Shown here: positions 1 to 12,081 of the stretch, one piece after another
How the letters are laid out: the number at the start of each line of letters is the position of its first letter
Position numbering within the stretch: the stretch's first letter is position 1
Assembly (NCBI GenBank): GCA_964234715.1
Contig: OZ174285.1
Length of the DNA stretch: 64,000 bases
Origin: Podarcis melisellensis
Lineage: Eukaryota
Strand: one strand, 5' to 3'
Program-made: the position numbers and the translations under genes
Notes under the pieces: model-generated
Database searches by the model: none
Seen by the model: the letters and a program-made list of their open reading frames with translations, nothing else
What the model was told of the DNA's origin: nothing

Positions 1-715
1 TCTCTGCTGTCCCTCATTCACCTAGCAACAGACTAGCAGAAACAGGAGATCATTCTGAATGGGCAGGGAGGAGAACAGAGTTAAAGGATGGAATGGAGAT
101 ATCCAGAAAAGCACAGGGCCTAGAAGGAAGACTTATCTTGCCATCTCTCACAAATTATTTAATGGGTAAATTATTTAATGGGATGAATGGACGAGTCTCT
201 ATTCTGTTTTTTAAAGAACCCCTGTTCACATTTTTAATAGAAAAGAAAATATATTTGTCTCTTTATAAGGTAAGCAGTATTAACATCACTAGTATGCAAG
301 ATTAATGTTGCTTATGGAAGAAAGAGGTTCACAATCAAATCACAGGTTTGCTGCTGTGCAATTCTAAGGCATTAGCTTTGCTTACAAGACAATAGGTTTA
401 ATCTCCATATTCCATACATTCTCATTATACATCTTCTGTCAGCAAAATTAAATTAGACAACCTTACTACTTGCATCATCTCGGTATTAATGCTATTTAGA
501 ATATAAAGTGTTCCTTTACTTTGTGCTTATGTTCCTTATCACAAATCATTTTGCTCTGGAAGGATAATATTACAGTTCATATATGGTAACAGTATTATTG
601 CTTTTTAATATTTTCTAATACAAAATGCTGTTTTAATATCTCATATTTTCCCTTTTATTTACAAGCAAGTATTCCATCCTTGCTGAAGGTATGAAAGGTA
701 AGCAGGCTGCTCTAT

Positions 716-853
716 AATCATAGAATCATAGAGTTGGAAGGGATCCTGAGGATCATCTAGTCCAACTCCCTGCAATGCAGGAATATTTTGCTGGATCAAA
801 CCTGTGACCTTGGTGTTATCAGCATCATGCTCTAACCAACTGAGCCATCCAGC
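716..853 (-). mobile_element. tRNA-headed SINE with CR1-type 3' tail
   Basis: Minus strand reads GGATGGCTCAGTTGGTTAGAGC (A box) ... GGTTTGATCC (B-box-like) ... TTGGACTAGATGATCC ... (ATTCTATG)n tail. Confidence 0.75.
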
Positions 854-1033
854 TTAGGCAAAACTCAAATTAAACCAATGGCTTCCAAAAGGAAAGCAGG
901 CAAAACTTTTTCTATTTTCGCTTTATCTATTTTAAGGTAGGTGCTATGTATTGTAAGCAATTTACTGTTTGTCCAGGTTAACTGTTTTTGCTTAAACTTT
1001 GAAAAGCAGATTAAGAAAGACACATAACAGAAG

Positions 1034-1228
1034 TGTCAGAAAGAGTATGTGCCATCGAAGAGTTAGAGGACACACCAAGACAGGTAGCTAGAAGCTAAGT
1101 TTATTGCCTCTCTTTAAAGAGAAGCGCACAGCAAACCCCTCTCATTCTATGCAGTTAAAACTAAGCCCCATACCACCTAGTGAGTAAACCATATAATGAC
1201 ACTATCTGTATATCAGTCATACCTGACA
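1034..1228 (-). mobile_element. Candidate 3' LTR of an LTR retrotransposon; degenerate internal sequence probably continues to about 2450
   Basis: Inverted termini TGTCAG...CTGACA; AATAAA on the minus strand followed by GT-rich sequence; purine-rich tract just 5' of it on the minus strand; no TSD, so not a solo LTR. Confidence 0.4.
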
Positions 1229-1659
1229 CAGTCCAATTCCTCATCAGATGAAGTCTGAAGACGTTATGGGTCTCCTGACTCTGGCTCTACCCTAAACACC
1301 TCAAGCATCTTCAGAGAAGTGATGTCAAAGTTTCTAACTCACCTGCAGCAGCTGCCTTGCCTGTAGCATAAAAGAAGGTTGAACTACCTCCCAGGCACAG
1401 GAAATGCCGAGCAATAGAAGATGCAGGCACAGGCAGCCACCCATCAAGAGAACACATGCTTCTAAGATCAGAAGAACCAGAACTAGGGACCTCCTCAGGA
1501 AAAAAAAGGATGTCTCAGAAGCAGGGAACCTTGAAGGATGAGCTAGCCTGCTGCAGCTGTGCAGACAACATAACCTCTCAACTGAAGATTTAGTTGCTGG
1601 AATAATGCAGCTCTTTAGCAACCCAGCTTCTTGAGCCACCTCCCCACTCTGACTGGACC

Positions 1660-2163
1660 CAGGGCTGGACCAAGACCTTTTGGCACCTGAGGTAAACCAC
1701 AAAATGGTGGAAAGAAGGAGTGAGCGAAGATCTACATTAGGAACAAGGGGGACTAAATATCTATATTGGGAACAAGGATGGTGGGGTCAAATCAACCTTG
1801 CCTTATGGTTGAAGTGGGAATCAAAAGCTATTGTGGGTGGGAGAAAGGCCCACCCTGAATTACATCAAGTGGGTGCAGTGCCCAGGAGACCCCAGAGGAC
1901 ACCCCCCCCATCATTTCATCCTTGTGGGTGGAGAGGAGACCAGCAGCTCCTCCTTTTTGGGAGAGACCACTGTAGAGGCAGTATGGCGGGGGTTGCCAAG
2001 GAGGTGGCAGATCTAGCCTCCATGGAGTACAGTACACTGCAGCTGGCGCTGTCGTTGCAGCAGTAGCAGGCAGTGTTTTCCTTGGAGGCCGACTTTTCTG
2101 CCCTTGTGGATCCTGGTGCCCAAGGCAGTTGCCTCACCTTGCCTCATGAGTGGGCTGACCCTA
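1660..2163. mobile_element. Non-autonomous DNA transposon (CAGGGC-type termini)
   Basis: CAGGGCTGGACC ... GGGCTGACCCT termini with a subterminal GCCTCACCTTGCCTCATG motif; related sequence at 30161-30444. Confidence 0.5.
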
Positions 2164-2815
2164 CCTCAACTCCCTGCAAAGAATTTGCTGAGAAGCATTC
2201 AGCCTGCTCTTGGACTGCTTTGCTGTTTTTGACCCTGTCTTTGTCTCATCACCCTGCTACAAGAGCAAGCCTGCACTTGATAGCTCTTTCTGTGATTGCC
2301 TTCAGCTTCTCCTATATAGACCCTGTGTTTCCAGATTGCTCTGATCTCTGACTGCTCTGGAGTTTGGCCATTTCCTTTTCTTAGGCTTAGTTTCAGAGAT
2401 GAATGCAGGACAGCACTTTGGTTACACTGTACCACCTGTGTCTTACAAAACAGAACCCATGGGCACCCGTTGGAATTTCCCCCTCAATGCTAATTGCCAT
2501 TTGGGGGGATTTTGACCGATATGAAGGTTGGTGAGTGAAAGCTTAAACCTGTAAGAAAAACACTGGGGCCTAATTTGATCAGCAGAATGTTTGGTATCTG
2601 GTGGGCGGGGCTTGTTTGTTACGCTCCGGAATCAGCCCCTCCCTTCAGTGTGTTCCGTTAAGTTTCAGTTAAGAGGGACCAACTGTCTCTTCTTCTTTTC
2701 TTGCCTCAGACTTGCCTCACACTGTTGTATTTAGTTTCCCTCATTATGTTATTTTGTTACTGTTTTCTTTATTACTAAAGCTTAGTTTACATTTATGTGA
2801 GCCACTTATTTTTCT

Positions 2816-2816
<1 letters not shown>

Positions 2817-2862
<46 letters not shown>

Positions 2863-2864
2863 AA
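2817..2864 (+). repeat. (GAAA)12 microsatellite
   Basis: Perfect tandem array. Confidence 0.98.
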
Positions 2865-2908
2865 CTCTGCTGAGGAAAGTTGTGGAATGTCCTAAATATG
2901 AGTAAGGG

Positions 2909-3334
2909 CATAGGTCGCCAAATTAAGGCCCGGGGGCCGGATCTGGCCCAATTGCTTTCCAGATCCAGCCCGCGGATGGTCCAGGAATTGCTGCCTGGAT
3001 CGGCGTGGGGATTTTGATCATTTGGGCTGCACCATTTCCACACACCCTGTGGCACTGCCTCCTCCTGGTTTCTCCCCGCCCTGCCTAGTGGAGGAAGGGG
3101 GCTGGGTTTCTTGACTGAGCGCCTTTTTAAGCATGCCGCTCAAGGTCCCTCCACCAGCCAGCTCCTGCCGCTCGCAAGGCACAGGTAAGCAGCCACCGGG
3201 GCTCATCCAGTGCTGTGGAGAAGGGAGGGGAGAGTTGGTGGTGGGGATTTCTTCCAAAAAAATATAGTCCGGCCCCCCACAAGGTCAGAGGGACAGTGGA
3301 CCAGCCCCCTGTGGAAAAAGTTTGCTGACCCCGG
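2909..3334. mobile_element. hAT-type MITE
   Basis: Left end ...GGTCGCCAAATTAAGGCCCGGGGGCCGGATCTGGCCC; right end AAAAAGTTTGCTGACCCC; same TIR family as 10536-10831. Confidence 0.7.
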
Positions 3335-3535
3335 ATATTTTCCGGTTTGCCAGGAGGATTGATTTTGCTAATCACAACACACACCTCCACAACAATTTTC
3401 ACCGATATGAAGTTTGGTGAGTGAAGGCTTAAACCTCCCCTTCCTGCACGCTATGTTTGAGGATAATCACTCACAACATGCCTCATACCTCCTTAGCACC
3501 TGAGAAGATCCTCTGCCCCTCTCAATTCTTAATTA

Positions 3536-3777
3536 CAGTGGTACCTCGGGTTAAGTACTTAATTCGTTCCGGAGGTCCGTTCTTAACCTGAAACTCTTCT
3601 TAACCTGAAGCACCACTTTAGCTAATGGGGCCTCCTGCTGCTGTCGCGCCACTGGAGCCAGATTTCTGTTCTCATCCTGAAGCAAAGTTCTTAACCTGAA
3701 GCACTATTTCTGGGTTAGCAGAGTCTGTAACCTGAAGTGTATGTAATCTGAAGCGTATGTAACCTGAGGTACCACTG
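3536..3777. mobile_element. Tc1/mariner (Tigger-like) MITE
   Basis: TIRs CAGTGGTACCTCGGGTT / AACCTGAGGTACCACTG, TA duplication on both sides; sister copies at 38614 and 55782. Confidence 0.9.
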
Positions 3778-4034
3778 TATTTACTAGGTCTTTAGCCCCC
3801 TCTCTACACGTTTTGCTTTACAGGATATTACTTTTTTGGTGCAGTTTTATTAGGCACTGCAAATGGGCTGTGTGCACAATTTTGGCAGGCTTACGCTTGT
3901 TCCTGTATTCTGCTGCTGTGCAACAGAATCACTGGGTGATCTTGGTCCAGCTATCAGGATAATCAACCTGGGGTGGGTATGTCCAGTGAATTCCTTGAAG
4001 GTATTATTTGGGCATATTTTACTAGATTTTAGAC

Positions 4035-4143
4035 CAGAGGTAGCCAACATAGTGCCCTCCAAATGTTTTGAACTACAACTCCCATCATCCCTGACCATTG
4101 GCCCTGCTCATTTGGGCTGATTGGGAGCTGGGTCTCATCCCTG
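4035..4143. mobile_element. Short hAT-type MITE (ACTACAACTCCCATC family)
   Basis: Shares the GCCCTCCARATGTT..ACTACAACTCCCATCATCCCTGACC motif with copies at 8765, 34882, 41703, 55186 and 58409. Confidence 0.7.
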
Positions 4144-4816
4144 CCCTGTACATTTGGTTCACAGTACAGGACACATTCTCCTCTTCTGTTCCTCTTCATG
4201 ATACAGTTATTTGGAAGTGTGCTCCAATGCTTAACAGTTTTACTGAAGGAGATGAGACAGCATACACTTCAGAAAGAAAGAAAACATACACAAAGAAACA
4301 TTTAAAGCTTGGCAGGCAAGGCTGAATCAGGAGACAGATATTTCTTCTTAGTTCACTTTTCCCTCTTAGATAAGCAGGCACACATTCCCAAGAATCTCAT
4401 AAAATCATTTGCAGTTCTACACATGCACGTACAAGTGCCGAGCTGTTTTACAAGATACACAGAAATTCTTACTCACCCACATATCTTTCTGATGACAGAA
4501 TCCAGTCACCACTTTGGATCTTCAAGAAGTTATTTATTATATAAACTGGGAGAATAGAGAGGATACCTGGAACTCTTGGATTATAATCTTAGGACCAGGT
4601 TCTAGCTATAAAACAAAATACCCAATTTTGTAATCTGTTGTTGTCTTTTGTTTGTCCATACAATGATATCATAAAGAAGGTCACTGCTATTCCCATTTTA
4701 CAGATAATATCAGAGACTGACATAGTTTCTTCAAGACTTCTTTCAGCACAACCCTATCCATGTCTAGACAGAAGTCCTATTAAATTAAATTGGCCTCACA
4801 CTCAATGAAATGTGTA

Positions 4817-4817
<1 letters not shown>

Positions 4818-4853
<36 letters not shown>
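4818..4853 (+). repeat. (ATT)12 microsatellite
   Basis: Perfect tandem array. Confidence 0.97.
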
Positions 4854-4854
<1 letters not shown>

Positions 4855-5129
4855 GCCTTCCACACCTCAAAGCAGTATACAATGAAAACATTTTTATAAC
4901 CACAAACGTAAATATGTCTAAAAAACAAAATAAACATCCATGGCAGAAACCCATTCATTCAGCTAGGAAAGGCTGTTGAAACAAAAATGTATTCAATTGT
5001 GTTTGGAAACTGCCAATAATTGGCACGTCTCATATCTCACAGATGGGGGACTATGAGCGAGGCAGGAGCCGCTTTGTCACGTTCCTGGTGCTGTTTGCCC
5101 TGCACTCCTGGCTTCATACTGGATAATTT

Positions 5130-5208
5130 TAGTAAGGTCGCGAATATAAGTCGCACTCACGGTCGGAATTTGGGGGGAAAGTGTGGCTTATATTCAGGCC
5201 AATACAAT
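5130..5208. mobile_element. Right-end remnant of a Tc2/pogo-like MITE
   Basis: GCGAATATAAGTCGCAC ... GTGGCTTATATTCAGGCCAATACAATA resembles the reverse complement of CCGTATTTTTCG-type termini. Confidence 0.45.
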
Positions 5209-8200
5209 AATGGTTTTTCATCAGGTAGGGGCTTTAGATAGCCATATGTATGACTTCTGACCAGTTATAAAGCCCACAATTAACATTCCCCTTCTCCCCC
5301 TCTTGCCACCATTCGATGCTATCCAACTGCTCCTACATTCCTTAAATCATAGCACCATCATGACTATTGGAATAAAATGGAGTTTGCTTCTGCTGCACAT
5401 GTGCTGAGGAATAAGCACCATTTTGTTCTTTTAAAAAGGGATAATCTATTTAAAGACTCTGTAACCATGTACATGCCTGGCTGGTTGCCTTATAAAATAT
5501 TTTTAAAACTTAAGAAGGAAGGAAGGAAGCTGCAGTGACCAGCATCAGTCCCAGTGGGCCCCAGAATGCTAATCCAGGTGTTGCGGTGGGCCCTGTGCAC
5601 TGCACTCTACAAGGTTATTTGGGGGCACCTAGTGTTCTGGGGGCTGTGGAATTTGGCTCGGGGGCTCAGCCCTAGCTGCCCCACTGCCTGGGGTGTTTAT
5701 ATACCCTTGTGACTGTAGGCTGGCATGTTAATTCTAAACAAATCTGTTGTAAATGGAAGTATTTTCAATTAAATAATATATTTGTTTTATTTTCAAGTAA
5801 TAGTATGTGTGTACAGCAGAATCACTGTGTGAGAGACGGTTCCCAAAGTCATTTATGGGTATAAAAGAAACAATTAACTTTCAAGAAGCTACAGTAGGGA
5901 GGAGCTAATCACATTTACGTACATCTTATACTCATTAGAAAATTGCTGTTGTTTCACTGCATCCTTGAAGTGAGTGGAATGCCTAAGAGATAGCAAATGC
6001 TTAAATGCCCATGTTTTAACTGTAAAACAACAAAACAAACACCCTGGTATAATTCCCTGTTGGTATGAAGCAGAGATTTCCTACATCCTACAGAAAGTAG
6101 CTAGATTGGCAGGGAAGAATCTGATGCAATGTATCTCATCTCCAAGGTGAGGGACAGGTCATTTTGCTATGCATATTTATGCATTAATATGCAGAAAAGT
6201 GGCTTGGAGGGTTTTTTATAGATATCTTAATTCTGCTGATGCAAAAAGAGAAGGAATTTACAGGTGTCGCTTTGGAACACAGACTACTGATAAACAACTT
6301 GCCATTTTGCAGTGTCTGGTCACATTTGTAGTCTTTTGGGATGCAAAAGGACTGGAAGGATTATTGCACAATTTAAAGGCACTTCTGTCACTTTAACTTT
6401 TATTTTAAAGCTAAATTAGTAGATTTCTTTTTTGTTTGGTTTTCTGCATTGCTTCTGTTAAACATTTAGCTTAGCCTAAATTCAGCCGCAGAAACAAGAC
6501 AGAAAGAAGGAAACATGCAGCACTTGTCAGAAAACTTTTTTAGTTTGACCTTATGTGGAGGCAGGCTAGCATAAAGCTATGAACAAGTGGATTGTGATTT
6601 ATTAATATTAGCATCTGTAGACACTTCACACATTTAATGCTTTGATCTGATCCATCAGCAGCACTAAATTGTCATGTAATTGTTTAATTGGTCAAAATAT
6701 ACACCATGATACATAGACTATGGTATGCATGAAGTGCCTGAATGTTTAGTCCTGGTGAATAAACACTTTTCTATTAGGACAAATTAAAATATACACAAAG
6801 ACCAGAACAGGGAGTAATCAAAACAGTTTAATATTGCATTCTTTTGTGGTCGTGCAGCTTCTATGCTTCAGCTGATATAAAAACGTTCTGTTAAATTTTA
6901 TATAGCTTTACAGTTTGTCAAGGTATGGTAATGTTCCTGCATAAATAAATGGTCATTTGTTTGTATTTAATTTTCATATTGGTTGTGGGAAGTGTGCTAC
7001 ACACACACACAAACACACAAGAAAATAAAAGGATTTGATTCTTTATATACCTCATATTACAGCTGAGCAGTCACACAGCTAGAGTTAAGGTTATGAGAAG
7101 TATTTCTGAAATCCTTGCAGAATTTCCATCAGGTCACTGTAGTAATAATTATGCATGTATGCAGTTAATGTTCCCTGACTGCTTCTGATCCTCTGTGTCT
7201 GTTCCCTTTCTGTGCTCTCCTGTTGAGATCATACAGTCTGAATCTAACATACTGTAAACTGGTCAGAACTCAAAACCCTTGCAAATTATACGCCTTGCCT
7301 ATGGAACAGAACACTCTCTATCCCCATACAAAAGCAAAGAAAGTATAACACACGAGACATTTCTTGTGTAATTGAATGTATATTCTTCACATTAGAAAAT
7401 GTCTGGAAGAGCCTTAGTTATATTCCCTGCTATTGTCCAGAAATTATTTCCTCTTATATAAAGGAGTACATTTCTCCTGAGAATTTAATTTCAAGTAAGT
7501 GGGCCCGGGTGGGGTGAACAGAAACTCACATCCATGTAAATGAGATAAGGATGACTTCCCCTTTCTTCCTCTTTTAAAACTAGCTGATCATGTTTGCAGG
7601 AAACAATGCAAAAGCTACCCCATTCTTTAAAAAAAAGGCAAACAAAAAATGTGTTTTAGGCAATTATGGAAAACTGTTATAATAGTGTTCGAAAAATGGA
7701 CAGGTTGTGAGCTTGCTGAGTGGTCCCGACCTTAATCTTGAACTGTTGCTCACATTCATGTCTCTGTAAACATGAACTGCTGTGCTGCAAAATGCTCCAG
7801 CTACCCTGCCTTTTTCTTGCTTCTAGCTGAAAACCTTCAGTCCTGTTTCCATCTGCATTGCACAATTCCCCTTGTTTCAAGAGACCTTGGGCTACAACAA
7901 CGGATCACAAAGGGGTGGGTGGCTAAGCCTGCCCAAGGCAAAGGCCTTGCACAGGTGCTATTATAGCAGAAAATATTCAGGCATCAGTTTCAAAAACTAG
8001 GCTGTTTGATATAGAAATTCTGTTACTTTCCAGATACACTGAAACTCTTTCAAATATACACAGTGAACGGCTCTAGCTTTCCTGCTGCTGTTTTTTAAAC
8101 ACCTTTCCCCCTTTTCTTGTTTGCTAACTTTTATATGATATAATGGGGCCTGATTACCATGCTCTTTCATTGTTTTCTCCTGCCCATTTTTTACTCCAAA

Positions 8201-8764
8201 AAAACAGTGAAGAAATGTCTCATTTTCCTTTTAAAAAGCAAAATCCCATGTTTTGCAGCTAACAGCAGATTCAGACAGCTACAGCTTATCTTCTTCTACC
8301 TTGGGACAACTAGTCTCGGTCAACACACATGGATGGAAGATATCTGATATTGGTATCATCCGGGACAGCAATATGTTACAGTGAAAAATAACCATTAGAA
8401 TTCACCTTCATTTTGATTTCCAGCTGCTAAGCCCTGCTCCTGTTGCAGCCACATTCACTTCAGTGATGTTTGTCATTCGAGCAACATTCAATGGGTTTTT
8501 GACTGGAACACGCCTAAGGCACAAAACAGTGTCTTTAAACAAACAGCATCTTTATCGCTTTCTAGCCTGGTGTACCTGCCCCATCCGTGTTTTGCTCTGT
8601 TCTTAAACATTTATTCAGTACCAGGACTCTGCAAGTCTCTGTACTGCACCCTGCTTGCAATCTAAATAACACAGGCAGGAAAAGAAAGGCCCATGTTGGA
8701 TAAAAAGTAGCAAGTACAGGAAGAGAAAGTTTGACTGGTATGTATCAGACAGATGACTCTATGA

Positions 8765-8890
8765 CAGGGATGGCCAACGTAGTGCCCTCCAGATGTTATT
8801 TGACTACAACTCCCACCACCCCTGACCATTGGTCGTGATGCCTGGGGCTGATTGGAGTTGTACATTGATAACTTCTGGAAGGCAGCACAT
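8765..8890. mobile_element. Short hAT-type MITE
   Basis: CAGGGATGGCCAAC...GCCCTCCAGATGTT...ACTACAACTCCC...GGAGTTGTA internal inverted repeat. Confidence 0.7.
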
Positions 8891-10181
8891 TTGATGTATT
8901 CTCCCCATCTCCTGCCTCTGTACCCAGTTACTCAATTATTTTCTTTTTCTTTTTTGCCACTGCAGACTGTAACACCTGGAAGTTATCAATGGCTAGCCTT
9001 GAGAAGTGAAAGGTAAGCTGCTATTCATAGAAGCCACAGTGACAGTTATTTAAAATAAAGAGACTATTCCTTCTGTTCTCCCCCCCACCCCCAGAACTCC
9101 CATTGTTTTCAATGATGATCTTGCTAGCATAAGGATGGAAAAGAGGGTCAACCCAATATTCTTAATAGCAGTTGGCACTTCTGAGCTTGCTGCAGGCAAT
9201 GACTAATCCAAGCAGGGTGACATCATTTTGGGACTCTGGCAGTTTGTGCTGTCTGAGAAAGATGCTGCTTTTAAACCAGCTTCTGTGCTGTTTAAATAAC
9301 TGATCAACTGTTCAAAAAAGGATTTATGGAAACACTCAGGTGCAAACATTCAGGTGCCAATCTTAACGAAAGTATTTAATTTAAATTAATTTAAATTAAT
9401 GCATCTAAGTTAGTCATGTCTGTGAATTTCAAAGGGTCTACCCTGAGTAGCGTTAACATTGGATATAATCCGCATTCTTTTCTGCTGTTGTTGAGTGGCT
9501 TCCATTTGCCTTTTCTGCAAAAGAGGTAGACATATACACCAAAGATTCTCATTCTGATCCATTCACCATCAGTTTTACTCCTCATTCCACCCATCTCACC
9601 TCACCTATTTTATTTTTAAAGTTTGGCCTGTAGATTTAGATTAGTAAATATATGTTTGTCCATGTATTTTGTCTTAAGAAGCACAATAGTAGGGTTTTTT
9701 TTAAGTATAGCACTGCATCAGCAATGAAAGGGAGATGGTTTTGTGATGTCACAGGACCAATCAGTGCTGTCCATAACTGACTTCTGCTGAAAGCGGGCAA
9801 ACAAGTTTTTGGTGAGCTTCACCTTAGCTGTACTGTATTGTAAGTCACTTTGAGTTGTCATAGAAAAAAGCAACTACTATGTTTAATAAATAATAATAGT
9901 AATATTAATATTAGAGATAAAAGTATTAATCTGACACAAAGAACATTTTGGCATCATCAGCTGGTATAAATATTCTCAGATCTGCAATTTTCTCCTGGTT
10001 TTGGCAACATCAGTGAGGGAGGCACCAGACCTTTCCTTTGAGCCTTCCAGATGTCTTGGCTGTCAGTGTCACCCAAGGTGCTCATTTGTCCTGGAACCTG
10101 AGTACCTGAAAGAAAGTCATTATTACGTATTTTTTGTTTTTATGTTGTGAACCACCCTGTCATCTTCAGATGAAAGGCAGT

Positions 10182-10238
10182 ATACATACATACATACATA
10201 CATACAAACATACATACATACATGCATACATACATACA
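10182..10238 (+). repeat. (CATA)n microsatellite, interrupted
   Basis: Tandem ATAC units with two variant units. Confidence 0.95.
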
Positions 10239-10351
10239 ATAGCACAGGGCTGAATGATCATCTCTGATTGGTCTACACTCTATGACTCATTAGGACCATG
10301 CAACTTCAATTGCATGGGTGTAATTAATATACACTTTTTTGTTATGTAAGT

Positions 10352-10535
10352 ACATTGGAACCTGCCTTAAACTGAATCAGACCACTGGTCTATTTAACGC
10401 AGCACTATCTACATGCATTGGCATTGGCTCTTCAGGGATTTATGCAGGGTTCTTTCCCAAACCTACTTGGAGATGCCAGGGATTGAACCTGGGACCTTCT
10501 GCAAGCAAAGGAGATGCTCTACCATTGAGCTACAT
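10352..10535 (-). mobile_element. tRNA-derived SINE
   Basis: Minus strand TAGCTCAATGGTAGAGC (A box) ... GGTTCAATCCC (B box), then a body ending GGTCTGATTCAGTTTAAGGCAG. Confidence 0.8.
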
Positions 10536-10831
10536 CAGGGGTCAGCAAACTTACTGTGCCTTCGGCCGGTGTCTCCAGTGCTATTTCCAGCACACTTCCA
10601 GGTCAGAGGAGCACCAGAAATAGCTTGTGCGCATGTGCACGGGCCTCCTTCAACCTGGATGTTCACCAGAAATAGCACAGGCTATTTCTGGTGCTCTTCC
10701 GACCCAGAAGTGGGCAGCCGTGCAGTTCAGTGCCGGTAAGAGAGGGCGGCGGCAGCGGGGGTTGCCGTGGGCTGGATATATGAGTCCCTCGGGCCTTATC
10801 CGGTCCGTGGTCCTTAGTTTGGGGACCCCTG
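10536..10831. mobile_element. hAT-type MITE with perfect 8-bp TSD
   Basis: TIRs CAGGGGTC..AAACT / AGTTTGGGGACCCCTG; TSD AGCTACAT at 10528-10535 and 10832-10839. Confidence 0.9.
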
Positions 10832-11280
10832 AGCTACATAGTAGCTAAGAGGAAGCCTTTCCAATGTTGGGATGGAGAGAGAATACCATCAACGAAAATT
10901 CTGTCTTAACACCAGTGGGAAATTCCCTTGAAATGCAAATAGCAGCTTTAGAGAGAACATTTTTGTTTGGGCCATGGCAAGAAAAGGGATACCATTATTT
11001 AACAGAACAAAAAACACACACATTGATGGCACTCGCACAATTAATATTTCATCTAAACTGGCTGTAACAAATTATTGGGGTGTAAACTTTCATAGGCAAG
11101 GACAGTGAACAGTGAAGAGACTGGAAATTAAGTGCTTAACCTTACCTTTTTTCCTGCCATTTTTCAACTGGTAGACCTAGTAACTGATGCTGTTTTCAGG
11201 TGGGATTCCATCACATGCTAGCAAATTCAGTTTGTGTAATAAAAGTTATTCTGGTGCTCTTTCCCAACAAACCCCCTCCC

Positions 11281-11476
11281 CTTCCAGATGTTCTGTTTAT
11301 TGAGCATTCATCCTGATTTGTTGGCAGGGAGGTTATATGAAATTGTATCAAGCAATTGTTACCCCCCTTCAAATGCATTGTAAAAAGGAGGGGGGTAACA
11401 ATTGCTTGATGCAATTTCATATAACCTCCCTGCAAACATATCAGGATGAATGCTCAATAAACAGAACATCTGGAAG
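11281..11476. repeat. Long inverted repeat, 88-bp arms, 20-bp spacer
   Basis: 11281-11368 versus the reverse complement of 11389-11476: 3 mismatches by manual comparison. Confidence 0.95.
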
Positions 11477-11735
11477 TCACCTAAAAGGCTTGTGTAGGCA
11501 AAACACTCCTCTTTGAACCTGTTGCTCTCCACCTTGTGTATTTTGCTACCCTAAATTGAACATGCCTACTTGGAAATAGGCCCCAGTGATTTCAGTTGAG
11601 GTTGCTTTTAACTAAATATTGTTGAAGATTTACATACTGTGGATGCAATCTGGAGAAAGGTAAGTGTGCTTGAAAAGTCTCAGTGAAGTAATATGGAAAT
11701 AACCACACAGGTCCCACATATTTCAATGGATTTAG

Positions 11736-12081
11736 GTAAAGGCAAAGGGACCCCTGACCATTAGGTCCAGTTGTGGCCGACTCCAGGGTTGCGGCGCTCA
11801 TCTCGCTTTATTGGCCGAGGGAGCTGGCGTACAGCTTCTGAGTTATGTGGCCAGCATGACAAAGCCACTTCTGCCGAACCAGAGCAGTGCACAGAAATGC
11901 TGTTTACCTCCCCACCAGAGCAGTACCTATTTATCTACTTGCACTTTGACGTGCTTTTGAACTGCTAGGAGCAGGGACCAAGCAACGGGAGCTCACCCCG
12001 CGACGGGGATTCGAACCGCTGACCTTCTGATTGGGCAAGCCCTAGGTTCTGTGGTTTAACCCACAGCGCCACCCACGTCCC
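11736..12081 (-). mobile_element. Sauria SINE, full length
   Basis: Minus-strand tRNA-like head GGGACGTGGGTGGCGCTGTGGG...GGTTCGAATCC, ACCTTT-type tail; TSD TTCAATGGATTTAG at 11722-11735 and 12084-12097. Confidence 0.92.

Noticed and set aside
10480-10535. tRNA-like sequence with A and B boxes (also near 790-850, 12000-12081 and 27149)
   Set aside because: SINE heads joined to SINE bodies and tails; not tRNA genes.
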